A stretch of DNA of 63,067 bases, counting the filler. It is 5 parts of 5 records of this genome, joined end to end, with 100 filler letters (N's around TTAATTAATTAA, not from the genome) between each part and the next. Parts side by side here need not be neighbours in the genome. Positions count along the whole stretch, not along the records: positions 55,871 to 63,067 come from SRR31156797_12005; 4 more parts are not named here. One strand, 5' to 3'. The first letter of the stretch is position 1; each line of letters begins with the position of its first letter. Both the position numbers and the translations under genes were made by a program. Below the pieces are notes generated by a model. It had not been told where the DNA came from, ran no database searches, and worked only from the letters and a program-made list of their open reading frames with translations. Positions 63,057 through 63,067 of the stretch are shown here, piece after piece.

Positions 63057-63067
63057 ATGGCTAAGCA
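63057..63067 (+). CDS. Start of a gene (MAK...), truncated
   Basis: AAAGGAGA RBS followed by ATGGCTAAG at window end. Confidence 0.55.

Noticed and set aside
55871-63067. hgcAB mercury methylation genes or pyrrolysine read-through
   Set aside because: No N(V/I)WCA cap-helix motif or HgcB ferredoxin seen; no TAG interrupts a recognisable domain.
1-63067. CRISPR arrays, tRNA/rRNA genes, intact transposases, integrases, prophage
   Set aside because: None recognised by eye; the S74 proteins have signal peptides and no phage context.

Overview
This window is not one genome. It is five unrelated contigs joined by 100-nt N spacers that carry an artificial TTAATTAATTAA all-frame stop linker. Taxonomic calls below are inferred from base composition and protein style. 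(1) 1-27208, AT-rich, Campylobacterota-like (Arcobacter/Sulfurimonas-type): rplU, ridA, dnaG, a large rimK-centred peptide/glutamate cluster, mgtE, a CorA transporter, glutaminase, YhcG and large hybrid sensor kinases. (2) 27309-35447, Bacteroidota-like: DUF4249/TonB receptor pair, a T9SS serine protease and two S74-chaperone tail-fibre-like paralogs, one frameshifted. (3) 35548-45393, GC-rich, probably Planctomycetota: polysaccharide/glycosylation cluster. (4) 45494-55770, Enterococcus-like: EAL/GGDEF pair, an unannotated TxpA/RatA-like type I toxin-antitoxin locus with a decayed tandem copy, and a beta-glucoside PTS locus. (5) 55871-63067, Desulfobacterales-like: a corrinoid methyltransferase neighbourhood. 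The most notable signal is in contig 5. Two genes that the ORF track splits at in-frame TGA codons appear to be selenoproteins: a UxxC thioredoxin, and an ArsM-like SAM methyltransferase with Sec at a conserved Cys position. They bracket genes for MtaA/CmuA-type methyltransferases, DUF2284, DUF1638 and a CbiR-like enzyme.
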